From the human T2T-CHM13v2.0 reference genome, Homo sapiens, in assembly GCF_009914755.1 (NCBI RefSeq), contig NC_060937.1: a stretch of DNA of 64,000 nt, one strand, 5' to 3'. The first letter of the stretch is position 1. The number at the start of each line of letters is the position of its first letter. The translations under genes and the position numbers were made by a program. The notes beneath the pieces are model-generated. The model did not search any database and had not been told where the DNA came from. It saw only the letters and a list, made by a program, of their open reading frames with translations. Of this stretch, positions 41,380-55,400 are shown in pieces.

Positions 41380-41535
41380 AGTAATGTTTAATGAGTACAG
41401 AGTTTCAGTTTTGCAAGACAAAAACCTTCTGATCTCTTACAAAATAGTGTGAAAATGTACTTTACTGAGCTGCACACTTGAAAATGGTTAAGATGGTGAA
41501 TTTTAAGTTATATGTTTTCCACCACAATTTTTGAA
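41380..41535 (+). mobile_element. L1MB-like 3' end
   Basis: GTTTAATGAGTACAGAGTTTCAGTTTTGCAAGA...AAAATGGTTAAGATGGTGAATTTTA. Confidence 0.8.
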
Positions 41536-41840
41536 AACTAAAATAAGAATTTTTTGGGGCTAAAACAAGAAGAAACCATCTACAGGAAGTGGAATGAATT
41601 TAGCTCTTATGTTTTCTGGCAGCATGTGGGAGGATTTGGGGTCACCATTGTGGGCCATGTTGTTTTCACTGATGACTACTTCTGCAGGAACATAAGTTTT
41701 CCTGGAATTAGACTCAAGCAAAATGTACAAGGCAGGCTCTTGTAGAAAAAGAAACATTGAATCATGAGCTGGACAAAAACTTTAGTTACCATTTTCTAAA
41801 AAAACTATATAGAGGTTGTTCAAATACACTTGAATCTTCT

Positions 41841-42203
41841 TTTTTTTTATTATTATTATACTTTAAGTTCTAGGGTACATGTGCACAGCGTGCAAGCTCG
41901 TTACATAGGTATACATGTACCATGCTGGCCCGCTGCATCCTTCAACCCGTCATTTACATTAGGTATTTCTCCCAATGCTATCCCTCCCCTCACCTCCCAC
42001 CCCATGACAGGCCCCTGTGTGTTATGTTCCCCAGCCTGTGTCTCATTGTTCAATTCCCACCTATCAGTGAGAACATTCGGTGTTTGGTTTTCTGTCTTTG
42101 TGATAGGTTGCTCAGAATCATGATTTCCAACTTCATCCATGTCCCTGCAAAGGACATGAACTCATCCTTTTTTATGGCTGTATAGTATTCCATGGTGTGT
42201 ATG
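41841..42203 (-). mobile_element. 5'-truncated L1PA 3' end
   Basis: TATACTTTAAGTTCTAGGGTACATGTGCAC...; 20-bp TSD CAAATACAC(T/A)TGAATCTTCT at 41821-41840 and 42204-42223. Confidence 0.93.
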
Positions 42204-42357
42204 CAAATACACATGAATCTTCTGTGAAAGCTGTAGACATTAAGGCATAGCTCAGTAAATTCATTTCTCTGGAGTGAAGATATAACTGATTTGGATACTT
42301 TGCTTTTTATCTTCTAATTTCAATAGAAAAGTAGGGAATAATGCAGGTTGTTTCATA

Positions 42358-42847
42358 GTGTGGCAAGCAGAATAATAGTCCCTGGAAGATGTCCATGTCC
42401 TATTCCCTGGCATTTGTGAATGTGTTACTTTCAATGGTAAAGAAGAATTAGGTTGCAGATGGACTTAAGGTTGCTAATCAGCTGATCCTAAAATAAGGAG
42501 ATGATCCTAGATTATCTAGAAAGCCCAGTGTAATAACAAGGGTCCTTAAAAGTGGAAGAGGGAGGCTGGACAGGAGGCCAGAGAGATGCAGTGTGAGAAC
42601 CCGATCTGACATTGCTGGCTTTGAAGGTGGAGGCCATGAGCCAAGGAATGTGGGCGCCTCTCAAAGCTGGGAAATTGATACTCCCTGAGAAGCCTCCAGA
42701 AGAGAATCAGTTCTGCCAGCACCTTGGTTTTAACCTGCGAGACCCCTGTTGAACTTCCACCCTGCAGCAGTGTGAGACGGTGATCTGCAATGTTTCAGGC
42801 CACAGCATGGGTGGGGATTTGTTCAGCAGCAGCAGGAAACAAATGCA
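42358..42847 (+). mobile_element. MLT1 (D/E-like) solo LTR
   Basis: TGTGGCAAGCAGAATAAT...GTTGCAGATGGACTTAAGGTTGCTAATCAGCTGA...GCAGCAGGAAACAAATGCA. Confidence 0.87.
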
Positions 42848-43234
42848 TGTGGACGCTAATATCATAGTCAGTTCACAGCAAAATCCTGGTCACCTGTACT
42901 GCAATAGTCCATGACGGTGGTGAATAAGTTGTCAGCTTCAATACAGATTTGAGGGGATCAGAATTGCCACTGTGCTGAAGAGGCTCTGAGTCATGTGCTG
43001 CGGAGGTCAGTGTGTCAGAGTTGGGTTTCATTCAGAGCAATCCATTTCTACACAGACATTGGTAGAAGGATGGCTAAGGGAGGTGACCAGTCACACTGTG
43101 AACTGGCCCCATCCACATCCACAGTTTCCTGATCCATGGTTGTATGCGCTCTAAGATTCTTCAGACTATAGGACTTTGAATGAAAGATGAAGTATAGAGA
43201 TTCCCAGACCATGGTGGGTGCTTAACTATTTATT

Positions 43235-43246
43235 GGATGGATGGAT

Positions 43247-43284
<38 letters not shown>

Positions 43285-43292
43285 ATAGATGG
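43235..43292. repeat. (GGAT)n microsatellite, probably expanded from an L2 tail
   Basis: TGGATGGATGGATGAATGGATGGACGGATGG... following L2-like GGTGCTTAACTATTTATTG. Confidence 0.92.
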
Positions 43293-43678
43293 AATGAAGG
43301 AATGATGAACCAGGCTGCTGACTAAAGAAGAAGAAACACCCCTCATTCTCTTGGGTTGTCTAGTGACAAGACCAACCACATGCAAGAAGAAAGGAGAGTG
43401 CTATCTGGAGTGTTAGAAACCCTCTCCCTCTGAGTCCCATGCCACCAGGGCCCTGCTGGTGGCCACACAGCACGGTTCTACAGAGCAGCTGGCACGCTGC
43501 TGCTGATCCCGCTATGATGCATCCAGTGCTTACTAGATGTCACACAGGAAGTTTTTCTTAAACATTTTGTTAATATTTGATGACATAAAAATGTTATATA
43601 TTATATATATGTTATATATATAGTAAAACTCCCTCTCTAGAAAAATAAATAAAAATTGAAATTCAGCTATATTTGCCT

Positions 43679-43804
43679 GCCGGGTGCAGTGGCACATGCC
43701 TGTGGCCCCAGTTACTTGGCAGGCTCAGATGGGAGGATCGCTTGAGCTCAGAAGTTAGATTCCAGCCCTGGGTAACATAGCGAGAACCCCCATTTCTCTA
43801 AAAA
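43679..43804 (+). mobile_element. FLAM/Alu left monomer
   Basis: GCCGGGTGCAGTGGCACATGCCTGT...GAGGATCGCTTGAGC...AACATAGCGAGA. Confidence 0.85.
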
Positions 43805-43869
43805 TTGTTTTTTAATTTTAAAAACATTCAAATTCATATATATATAAATATATATATAAATATATATAT

Positions 43870-45240
43870 AAACACAGATGAAGCATAATAATAAAGTGAA
43901 TATCCAGACCCCCCATACATCTTAAGAAACAGACTATTATAAAAATCTAAAGTTCCCTGCTTATTAAATCCATGGTTGCACAGTCCTGTCTTCTTTCTAG
44001 AGGTAGCCACTGTTGCAAATATTATGTTTAATTCTCTTTCCTTCTTTATTATTTTACCATGTTTATGTCCTTAAGGAATATTTTCCTATTTTTGTTTATT
44101 TCCTAAAATTTTTATTAAAATGAATCAAATTTGTATGCATTCTCCTTCTAAATGCTTTTTTAAGTTAACCATGCTGATACTTAAATTAGATTTTATTCAT
44201 TTTCACTGCTCTGAAGTATTTCTGTGTACTTATATACCAAAAAATATATATAATAATAATACATGTGTATGTACATTCTTCTATGGATGGACATTAATTT
44301 CCAGTTGTAACTATTACAAAAATACTTTCCAATGAACATTCTATGTGTCTCCCAGTAACCATGTGCAAATTTCCTTAGGACATATATTTAGGATTTGCTG
44401 GGTCATAGTGTAATTATATGTTCAGCTTTAAAAAATAATCCAAACTCTTCTCCAAAGTAGTTGTTCCAATTTATATGTAAAACAGTGGCATATACAACTT
44501 CCCTTTGCTCTAAATCCTTACTAAAATCTGGTATTCCTGGTTTTCAAATTTCTGCCAATTTGGTGAATATAAAATGGATTTTATTACGGTTTAAATTTTC
44601 CTTTTTGTGACTTTCAAAGAATTTGAGCATCTTTTCATAGAGCTGTTAGCCATTCACATTTTTTTCTATGAAATATCTAATCACATCTTTTACCTTTTCT
44701 TTCTTTCTTTCTTTCTTTTTTTTTTTTTTTTGAGACGGAGTCTCACTCTATCGCCTGGGCTGGAGTGCAATGGCGCGATCTCACTACAACCTCCGCCTCC
44801 CAGGTTCAAAGGATTCTCCTGCATCAGCCTCCTGAGTAGCTGGGATTACAGGCATATAGCACCACGCCTGGCTAATTTTTGTATTTTTAATAGAGATGGG
44901 GTTTCACCATGTTGGTCTGGCTGGTCTCGAACTCTGGACCTCGTGATCCACCTGCCTCGGCCTTCTAAATACCTTTTCTTTTTACTGGGTTGCTAGTTCA
45001 TATATCTTGGCTACTACTTTGTTGGTTACATTGGTTGCAAATATATTCCCCTCAAAGTATGATTTTTCATGTCGTTTTATGGTATCATGATGAACAGAAG
45101 TTCTTAATGTATTCCGTCTTTTTCCTTTTATGATTAATGCTTCTTGTGAGTTAAGAAATCCTTTCCTATTTAAAAGTCACATAGCTACCCTCCTCTGTTT
45201 TCTGCTGATTTTGGAGTTTTGTGTTCTTCACATGAAGAGC
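43870..45240 (-). mobile_element. Old L1ME-like fragments
   Basis: T-rich antisense L1, e.g. GATTTGCTGGGTCATAG...TTTGAGCATCTTTTCATA...GTTGCAAATATATTCCC. Confidence 0.7.
44695..44965 (-). mobile_element. AluS, 5'-truncated
   Basis: Antisense Alu ending at CCTCGGCCTTC; TSD-like TACCTTTTCTTT. Confidence 0.9.
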
Positions 45241-45337
45241 AGATGAATTATTATTTATTTTGGGGGTGCACTGGGGAGGGAGGTGTGAAGCAAAGTAGAG
45301 ATCCTCTCTTGTGTTCCAGATCTGGTTTCAGTATTAA

Positions 45338-45792
<455 letters not shown>

Positions 45793-46008
45793 AACTGCTG
45801 TTTATTTTATAGGAAGATTTAAAATGACTGACTCACTATCTTTAGTTTTTGAGGGTACTCTGTTTCTTTATAAGTCAATTTTCTATTATTCTAGAAATGT
45901 GTACATTTTGTATTTTTAAATATATAGTATATATGTAAGAAAGTTGATTATAGTATAGTTCAGTCTTTTCTCTCTTATATCCCTGTCATATTACCTTTTT
46001 GTTCCTGA

Positions 46009-46323
<315 letters not shown>

Positions 46324-46324
46324 G

Positions 46325-47900
46325 CCTTTTCTTTTTTTTTCAAACTTGCCAGAGGTTTAGTGATTTTATTAATATTTCCAAAGAATAAACTTTTTACTTC
46401 CTAATTTCTGTGTTGTATACTTGATCTCTAATTTCACTGATTTTAGCTCTTTATTATTTCCTTTCTTCTACATTCTTGGGTTTTTTGAGTTGCTGTTTTT
46501 TATCTTTATGTATTAGTTCTTAGTTCATTAATGTTCAGTTCTTCTTTTCTAGTATAAGCAAATAAGCCTCTTTTCTGGCTGTGTGACCTTGGTCAGGTAA
46601 CTTAACTTCTCTGTGCCTTAGTTTCATATACTCGAAATTGGGTAACACCAGTATCATAGCATAGTTGTGAAAACCGAGGAAATTAGTATATGCACGGATC
46701 TTAGAAGAACACGTGGTGTAGATTAAACCCTTCAGGAGTGCCCTTCCTGCCTGCTTGTTCCTCTTCCACCCCTTTATGCTCTTTACTCTTCCTCAGCTCT
46801 GCTCCAGCATCTGCTTAAACATCATTAGCCATGTAACACCAGAAAAACTGTGATGAAATTGTTTTTGTTATAATTCTGTTTTAGTAGTTTTTAATTTCTA
46901 TTATATTTTTCTTTGATTCATAAATTTAGATGTTTTTATAATTTTTAATTTCCAAACATATAGCCATAAGCAAACTCTTCTCTAACATGGAGTCAGGACT
47001 GTTAAAATTTATGGGCTAATACACTTAATCTTTTTTAAATCCACAAGTTACCCTATTATTATTATCTTCTACTTAGGCTTGTTCAGATACACACACATAC
47101 TTACCATTTTCTTTGCTCATCATTCCTTTTTGCATTTGAGCTAATTTATTTTCTTCCATAGTACACTCTTCCAAAAGTCTTTTAGAGAGGATATCTTGTT
47201 GGTATACTGCTCCCAACTTATCTGAATGTATCAGTTCATGTGCAGGTGTCTATATTTTGCCATCATTCTTGAAACAGTTTTGCTGGGTACATAATTCTGG
47301 GTTGGTTGTTAGTTTCTCCTAGTACTTTACAGATAATATTCTCCTGACTCCCTTGGTTGCAGTTGTGATGTCAGCTGGTGTCTAATTAAATACAAAGTCC
47401 TATCTTTTCTCTTTGGTTGCTTTGAAATCTTTTTTTGACTTTGGCATTCTTCAGTTTTTTAGTGATGTGTCTAGGAGAGATCTGGCATTATATTCTTTAT
47501 GCTTCCTAATTCTGAACATTGATAACTACTATCAGTTTTGGAAAATTCTAATTGCCTCTCTTTTATTCACCTTACTATCTTTGTATAGAATTCCAATTGA
47601 ATGTTTGTCCGTTCTTACGCTTCAAGCTTTTACTCACATCTTTCTGTCACTTTCTTTACTCAACTGTGTGTAATCTGCTATTTAACTGTTGCTTTGAGTT
47701 TTTCATTTCAATAATTATATTTCTCTATTTTAAAGATTTGTGTTTTTTATGTTTCTGGTCATTTCTAAAAATATCCTTGCTCATGGCTTCAATTTCCCCT
47801 GTTTTTTTAAACATGAAAATATTTTATAATCTACATGTAATAATTTTACTTCTAAAGTCCTGGTGAGCCTGGGCCAGTATTTTTTTCTTTCTGCTCTCTT
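46325..47900 (-). mobile_element. Old L1M internal fragments with an embedded MIR (about 46575-46730)
   Basis: TTTCCAAAGAATAAACTTTT..., TTTGCTGGGTACATAATTCTGGGTTGG; MIR CTGTGTGACCTTGG...ACTTAACTTCTCTGTGCCTTAGTTTC. Confidence 0.65.
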
Positions 47901-47955
47901 TTGTTTCCTCGTATGTGGTTTTTTTGTTGTTATAAGCTTATATTTATTCAAAACC

Positions 47956-48113
47956 TTTATTTTTAATTATCGAATTTATTTTTAATAGTTTTTGTTAGTA
48001 ACGGGGTCTCAGTGTGTTGTCCAAGCTGAACTTAAACTCCTGGGCTCAAGTGATCCTGTCACCTAGCCTCCCAAGTAGCTGGAACTTACAGACATGTGCC
48101 AACACAGCCAGCC
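47956..48113 (-). mobile_element. FLAM_C-like Alu monomer
   Basis: GGGGTCTCAGTGTGTTGTCCAAGCTG...AACTCCTGGGCTCAAGTGATCC. Confidence 0.85.
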
Positions 48114-48500
48114 TCTGAAAATCTTTTCGTGGGAATACTTTAAAGTCTGGGGCAAAGATGCATCTTTTACAGAAATAATTTTTGTTTGCTTTTACCAGAT
48201 GCGTCAGGACAGTACAAATTTGGATCTATTTAATATAAACATTTTAGCTTACATTTTTTAGACAAATAGTGTGAAATCCAGACCCAAATCCATGTTAGGG
48301 CTGGCTAATAGCCACAGATTCTCAGGAGTAGGGTTGCCATAAAAAATACAGAATGTTCAGTTAAATTTGAATTTCAATTAAACAATAAAAAAATTTTGTA
48401 TGTTATTTACATAAAATTCAAATAAACTGGGGACCCTGTATTTTTAAATATATATTAACATATAGACTGTTTTGTAGAGCATTTTTGGAATCACAGCAAA

Positions 48501-48876
48501 TTTTTTAAATTTAGATTTTGATATTTTAATTTCAGGGGTACAAATGCAGCTTTGTTAAATACACACACTTGTGTCATGGGGGTTTGTTGTACAGATTATT
48601 TCATCACCCAGGTATTAAAGCCTGGTACCCATTAGTTAATTTTTTGAGTCCTCTCCCTCCTCCCACCCTCCACCCTCCGATAGGCCCCAGTGTGTGTTGT
48701 TCCCCTCTAGGTGTCTATATGTTCTCATCATTTAGCTCTCACTTATAAGTGAGAACATGCGGTATTTGGTTATCTCTTCCTAAGTTAGTTTGCTAAGGAT
48801 AATGGCCTCCAGCTCCATCCATGTTCATGCAAAGGACATGATCTAATTCTTTTTTATGGCTGCATAGTATTCCATG
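48501..48876 (-). mobile_element. Older L1PA 3' end (nested)
   Basis: TGTACAGATTATTTCATCACCCAGGTATTAAAGCCTGGTACCC...ACTTATAAGTGAGAACATGCGG; TSD-like GGAATCACAGCAAA / GGAATTCATAGCAAA. Confidence 0.88.
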
Positions 48877-48937
48877 GGAATTCATAGCAAAATTGAGTGG
48901 AAAGTAGAGTTCTCATATATGCCCTACCTTCTCCTAA

Positions 48938-48939
48938 CA

Positions 48940-48979
<40 letters not shown>

Positions 48980-48992
48980 TACATACATACAT
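48938..48992. repeat. (CA)n/(CG)/(TACA)n compound microsatellite
   Basis: CACACACACACACGCGCGCACACACAC...ATACATAC. Confidence 0.95.
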
Positions 48993-49719
48993 ATACCCTC
49001 CCCTATCATCCACATCCCCCACAGCGTGGTGCATTTGTTAGAGCTGATGAACCAACACTGGCACATCATTGTCACCCAGAGTCCCTAGTTGACATTAGGG
49101 TTCACACTTGGTGTTGTACATTCACTGGTGTTAGACATAGGTGTAATGGCATGTGTTCACCATTATAGTATCAGATGGAAGAGTTTCACTGCTCTATAAA
49201 CTCCTGTACTTCATATTTTATTTGGTAAAACTGAAAACCCTACCCATAGGAGACTTTCCTTAAGAGCCAAGACCAAGATAGGTCACTTTCCTGTCAATGG
49301 TTTCAGTAGGGTGCTTATGCTCTCCTTATTTGACATTTCTCTGAGGGCACAGCCTTGATGTGTCTTGTCTTCCTGTGGTGCTCTCTGGTTCTTCTTTTCC
49401 CTAATCTCCTGCCCACCCATGTTTCCATTAATATTAAAGCCCCAGCCCCAGAGCCTAGAGCTTTAGATGTCCCCAGCGCCCTAGAACTGGAAGATGCCCC
49501 AGGCTGTCTGAGTATTCAACAATCTCTTATTTCCCTGGATTTATCTTATGACTTCATTCCTGATTTCAGGGGAATTCTTTTATCTTGCTACTACAACCAT
49601 ACATGTTTAAGGGTTTTGTTCCTTTAAAAGAATATATTGACTCTAATATTCTTAGGTGTTCTGTAGTGGGAGGATTTTTAGAATCTCCAGTCTACCATAT
49701 TGCCAGCAATGGAAAAGAC

Positions 49720-49925
49720 CTTTATGTAGGTAATCTCATTTAATCCTCACAGCCCAATGAAATGGATACTATTTTTCTAATTTTACAGAGAACCCTGAGA
49801 TTTTAAAAGGTTAAATAATTTGCTTAAGTCCACAAAGTAACAACCAATCTTAGAATAATAATTGAATAACCGTTCAATTCTAGCTCTTCTAGTCTCCAAA
49901 GCCTATGTTTTCACCCAGTTTACCG
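49720..49925 (-). mobile_element. MIR
   Basis: AATCTCATTTAATCCTCAC...TTTTACAGA...AAAGGTTAAATAATTTGCTTAAG...CTCCAAAGCC. Confidence 0.75.
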
Positions 49926-50849
49926 CATTTTCTTCCATTTCTCAATATCTTCTCCCATTCAAAGTAGCAAATGGTTTTAAAGCTTATTTTAATTTATTTA
50001 GTTGTGGCTGATTTATTCATTGATTGATTGATACCATGCTTAGAACTGCTGTGGAGGGGAGGCCCTTTCATGGATGGCATGGATGCCAGCATTGGGACTG
50101 GCCTGTAGGTTAGGCAGGACCTCAGTCTGTGGCAGTTTCTTAGGGCATTTAGCACAGACCAAGGTCTGGTCCGTAGCATAACTGGTTGGGAGACTCCCTT
50201 CCATTGGTTTCTTTGGATTTGATCTGACTCTAGCACACCAATTCATGCTAGCACATCTCCTAAGCCAGACTTCCAATGTATTAGTTCACAATGAGAGAGA
50301 GTCCTTTTCGGTAACTTGTGTCCACTTTCCCAGATCTTTCCAGATACCAAGACAATGGGGAAAACACATCTATGACTAGACATATGCTTGGCAGGAATTA
50401 CTGCCAAGATTTAAGTAACTTAAAGAAATTAAATGGCCTTTGAGCCATGAAAAATCTGGTGAAATGAACATTTTTAATAACTGAGATTTCTACCACAGAA
50501 TAGGTCAAACAATGAACATACATTGAGCTTATGTCAGGCACTGTAAATGCAAAAATAGCTAAGACCTCATATGACCTGCCCTTGGGGAATTTATAATCTT
50601 GGACCTTCTCTCTCCCTTAAACAATCCTCAGTCAACACTAGAAAATTATCTTTCTTATATCTACATCCAGCATTCTGCAGTTAATTTCAGAGCAGTGGAT
50701 ATCTACTCTGGACACCCTCTGGATTTCCAAGATATTCTGTGTACCATATTTACAAGCTATCACATTAGGTGAGTTCCTTCTTTGGGTCAAGGTTTTCCTT
50801 CATTTTTGGATAATTCTTCACCCACAGTTGTCCTCTGTGTTCTAAGTTC

Positions 50850-51296
50850 TGACAATGATTCTTTTGCTTGGCCAAACTTTAGTCAAGCTTCTGAATCTTC
50901 TGCTATGCCCATCTTGCAAAAATTCAGTTTTTGCAAGAACCCTGGTAAGTCAGTTTAGTAAGAACACCCATGCTTGGTGTCTGATTATCCTCCACCATCC
51001 CCCAGGTGACGTCTGATCACCCGGCTTCTCTTCAGCAAGAATTCTGGTAGGCTGGTTCAGCTACAACCCCACCTCACCCTGACGTTCCCTCTTAGTGATT
51101 TTCTGTCCACTGACTCCCACCCTGCTCCTTGGCTATAAATTCCCACTTGCCCATGCTGTATTCAACACTGAGCCTGCTCTCTCTCCCCTATGGCAATACC
51201 ACATAGCAGTGGTCCCTATACCCATTGCAATGGTCCTGAATACATTCTTTCTCACTGTGATGTAACAAGTGTCATGGGACTATTTCTTCTTAAACA
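50850..51296 (+). mobile_element. ERV1 solo LTR (MER31/MER67-like)
   Basis: TGACAATGATTC...GCCAAACTTTAGTCAAGCT...GGCTATAAATTCCCAC...AACA; flanks GTTC/GTCC. Confidence 0.8.
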
Positions 51297-52397
51297 GTCC
51301 ACATGGTATTATTCTTAACAACCACTCATATGGCATTAGGAATAAATGGAATGTTGTTGGAATCAGTTCAGCTCTGTCTCTGCCAGAGATTTCATAAGGA
51401 GTCGTTACAAATATGTTGGGTTTCCTTTATACTTGTTCACAGGGTAACTGACTGCAAGGAAAGGTTCCTTCCCTGTCGTTTCTGCAGTAATGGAGAGTAT
51501 AGAAGATTTTGGTTGAAAATAAGGCATTAGAGTTTCAGAAACATGGGAAAATCCAGGGCACGAGCAGAATAACTTCAAAATAACTTTATATTTGAGAGTT
51601 AAGTTTGCCCTAAAATGTGACTGAACTTTTAAATATGAGTAAACCTAAATGTGCTCACTACATTGGGGTGGCCTTACCCTAGTGGCTTGCCAGAGTCCAA
51701 GGTCCAGTTTTTATTCTTACAGTTCAGTTTAGTTGAGTAAGTAGGTCTGAGACTTAATATTTGTTTTCTATTAATTGGTCACCAACACTGGGAATACTGG
51801 GGCGTTTGATAAAGTCCTGGCCAGGGAGAATGACTCATTTGTCTCACTCATTTTGGGTAGATTGGAAAGGTTTGTGTAATACAATACTTTTCATGGAGAC
51901 AATAAAAATTCAGATTTTTTTCTAGATACATAAAGCATTAATTTAATTTTTTAAAAAGATCTGTCTCTCAGAGGCCTGCACTAAGTCCTTTGATGTTAGG
52001 TAGCAGGTGAAAGTCCCCAGACCTGCAAGGTTTGAGTATCATTTGAAAGCAAGACCACTTAGCTAAACTCCCACTCTGTGTGAAGCCACCAAATTGGACA
52101 GAACTGCTCAAAACATAGAATTTCAAAAATCTAATAAAAATGAAATGAAAGCAGTCAAGTATAGAAGAAAAAAAGCAATCAAGTCAAGAGGCAGGCATGG
52201 AGAGGCTCCTTTCTATTTGTTTCTGATAGGGCCAGAGGGGCTCATTGCATTTCCCTCTGTTCTTGATGGCCAGACCCTCGTGGCATCAGAGATGAACTCT
52301 CCTTTTCCATTAATGACTATGGGAAGGCTGGCTGTGCAGAGAGGTCTCTCTGGTACCTTCCCCCACCCAGAATATTCTGCTATCCTCTTGGTTTCAG

Positions 52398-52655
52398 CTC
52401 GGACTGGCCTGGAAGAAGACCCTGAGGAGAACCCGGGCACACAGCAGCCATTCCAGTCCTCAGCTTCAAGGGGGCTCACGAAGGTTGTGGATCCTTGGCC
52501 CAGCCTGCAGTGGGGACCTGGTGTGGCACTGAGTGGCTGTGAGTGCTCAGTGTCCCCCATCTCATGCTAAGCACAGCGAAGTAGGGGGAGATTGCGTAGT
52601 GTGCTGATGGAGCAGTCGCCTCCACCTGGCTGCGTGTCCCTCCGTCATGTGACAG
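52398..52655 (+). other. Candidate 258-nt non-coding exon
   Basis: Acceptor CTATCCTCTTGGTTTCAG, donor CAG|GTGAGC, GC-rich body with GAAGAAGA; stops in all frames. Confidence 0.3.
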
Positions 52656-53404
52656 GTGAGCCCTGCCATCCAGCCTGTGACTTCCTCAGGAAGTCAGTGC
52701 CAGGGGAAACGTGGGAAAGGGAAATCAGGAGACTGGAGCAACTTTTTGGCTATTAGAGCTTATTTGGCTTTTATCATGTATCAACAATCATCTTTTTACT
52801 AAACAGAAAAGAAGAAGGCAATGGTGTTTTTCTGTAGCAAGTCACTATTTATGGAAGAGGAGACCCTTTATTTGCATCGCAATTCTGAAGATTCCACTTT
52901 GTTCCAGTCATTGTTGTGGGCACACTTTCAACATTTGATTAAGAGCCATAAGGGTGGCTTCCTCCACCCACAGAAAAATTCCTCTAAGGAATCATGAGAC
53001 CATCGACATTTAGCAGCTGTTTAAAAGACTGTTTAGACTCCTGGGATGATGATGGGGAATTCCTGGAATTATGGTCTTGGGCAAGAAGGGAACTCGAGTA
53101 GGAAAGTCAGCAATCTAAATTTCAAACCTCAGGGAACCTTCTTTGTATAACCTGATAATCTCCTTCGCTCAACACAGTGCTTGCTGAGTGAAGGAGTGTA
53201 ATGGAAAAGAAAGTTAATAATCCCTTGTGCTCTGGATCAAAAATGAGGTAGGAGACAAAATTTTCCATCAAACTGGTTGGGTCCAATCACTTAATGCAAA
53301 ATGCTTACTTCAGGGTCTGTAGCACTTGTTGATCAATGTACCTAACAGGTCTTAATAGAGAAAGTGATCAATTCAAGCAGTGTCTTCCCAAATTCTATAT
53401 ATAT

Positions 53405-53875
53405 AACAGATATTGCTGCATAACAAACCAGACAACGCTTAATAGTTTAAGGCAACCGTTTTATTATTCCCCAGAGTTCTATGCGTGGACCAAGGTCACT
53501 TGGGCCCTAGTCTTGTGATGTCACTTGGACCACAGTCATTGGGAGGTTCACCAGGTGGAAGCCTCCATGACAGCTCAATCCCATAGCTGCCAGTGGGTAC
53601 GGCACCTACACGTGGCTGCTTGTATGGCCTGGGATTTTCACAGCACAGCAGCAGGGGCTGAGAGGCAGAGTCCTAGGAGTGATTGTCCCCAGAGAGCAGA
53701 AGCAAAAGCTCTCATCAGTCTTCTAAGAGGCTGAGCTGACAATGGACACAGCACCACTCTGCCATCATCTATGGCTTAAGCATTCACAGGGCCAGGCTAA
53801 ATTCAGGCTGTCGGAAGATAAACTCCACCTCTCAATGGAGAGAGTTCAAAGCAACTGTGGCCATCTTTACCCCAT
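53405..53875 (-). mobile_element. Old MLT1 (I/J/K-like) LTR
   Basis: TATTGCTGCATAACAAACC...TTAAGGCAAC...CAGGGCCAGGCTAAATTCA...AACTCCACCTCTCAATGG...GTGGCCATCTTT. Confidence 0.7.
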
Positions 53876-53994
53876 CAGCTTTCTTGCCAAGAAATAAAGC
53901 TCTACATGACACATCAACTTTCATTTATTTAACATTTATCTCAAAAGACATGAGTTAACTGGCAAATAATATCACATTCATAGTAAAAGTCTAA

Positions 53995-54336
<342 letters not shown>

Positions 54337-54554
54337 TATATGGTATTCTTAAACCCCTTGGTTGAGCTTTGGCCATGGAGACTTGGAACAGAATGTTAGG
54401 AGCTTTACAGGCCACAAGGACAGGTTGGTTTTCTGGGTTCCTGGGCACACAGCCTAACTCAGAAGAAAATAAGAAACAAACATGAGAAAAACAAGCCAGA
54501 AAAACCTGATTCACAGGAGGCGTGTCACTGAGTTGTACTTAGTTTATATAAAGC

Positions 54555-55400
54555 AATGGTTCTCTTCAAACTCTTAGTCTCAGGACTCCTTTATGTTCTC
54601 AAAAACTGAGGATCTGGCTGAGCGAGGTGGCTCACACCTGTTCTCCCAGCACTTTAGGAGGCCAAGGCGGGTGGATCACTTGAGGTCTGGAGTTTGAGAC
54701 CAGCCTGGCTAACATGGCAAAAAACCATCTCTACTATAAATACGAAAATTAGCAGGGTGATCATGGCTCACGCCTGTAGTCCCAGCTACTCAGGAAGCTA
54801 AGGCTGGAGAATCGCTTGAGCCCGGAGGTTGAGGCCACACTGAGCCAAGATTACGCCACTGCACTCCATCCTGGGTGACAGAGTAAGACCCTGTCTCAAA
54901 AAAAAAAAAAAAAAAAGAAAGAAAGAAAAAACCTGAGGATCCTATGCAGCTTTTGTTTCTGATGGACTAGTTCTACTAATATTTACAATACTAGAAATTA
55001 AAATTGAGAAGTTTCAAAAATACATATTCACTTTAAAAGCACAATAAAAATTCCATTACATAAATTCCATATTGTTATGAAAGTATCTATATTTTCCAAA
55101 GCCCCAAAGACAATGAGTAGGAACGACAGTGTTTTGGTGTTTTGCAAATCTCCCTGGCGTCAGGGTTAATGGAAGACAGCTGGGCTGTCCTTATCTGTTC
55201 TTACATTTAGGCTGAATTTGTTACAATGTGTTGCCATGGCTGAAGTAGAGGAAGAATGTCTGGCCTCACAGAAGTATGGAAGTGTAAAAAGGAGGAGTAT
55301 GTAAGCAGACTTTTTAGATAATAGCAGGTTAGCTTGAGTTTCTTGACAAGTGTGGTTTCTTACTGGTTAGGTGCACTGTAGAATCTGGAACAGACACCTG
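54555..55400. mobile_element. Charlie1-family hAT fragment interrupted by an Alu
   Basis: CAATGGTTCTC...TCTCAGGACTCCTTTA...GAGGATCC...CTAGAAATTAAAATTGAGAA...TTTGCAAATCTC. Confidence 0.7.
54616..54930 (+). mobile_element. AluS/J
   Basis: Sense dimer with A-tail; TSD-like AAAAA(C)CTGAGGATC. Confidence 0.93.

Larger units (their letters stand above)
48447..49212 (-). mobile_element. L1MC/MB-like 3' end (nested in MER33-like element)
   Basis: TAGCAAAATTGAGTGGAAAGTA...GATGAACCAACACTGGCACATCATT...TAGGGTTCACACTTGGTGTTGTACATTC. Confidence 0.75.
48329..49242. mobile_element. MER33-like hAT element split by L1 insertions
   Basis: TIR-like ends TAGGGTTGCCA and AAAACCCTA; CAGTTAAATTTGAATTTCA core. Confidence 0.7.
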
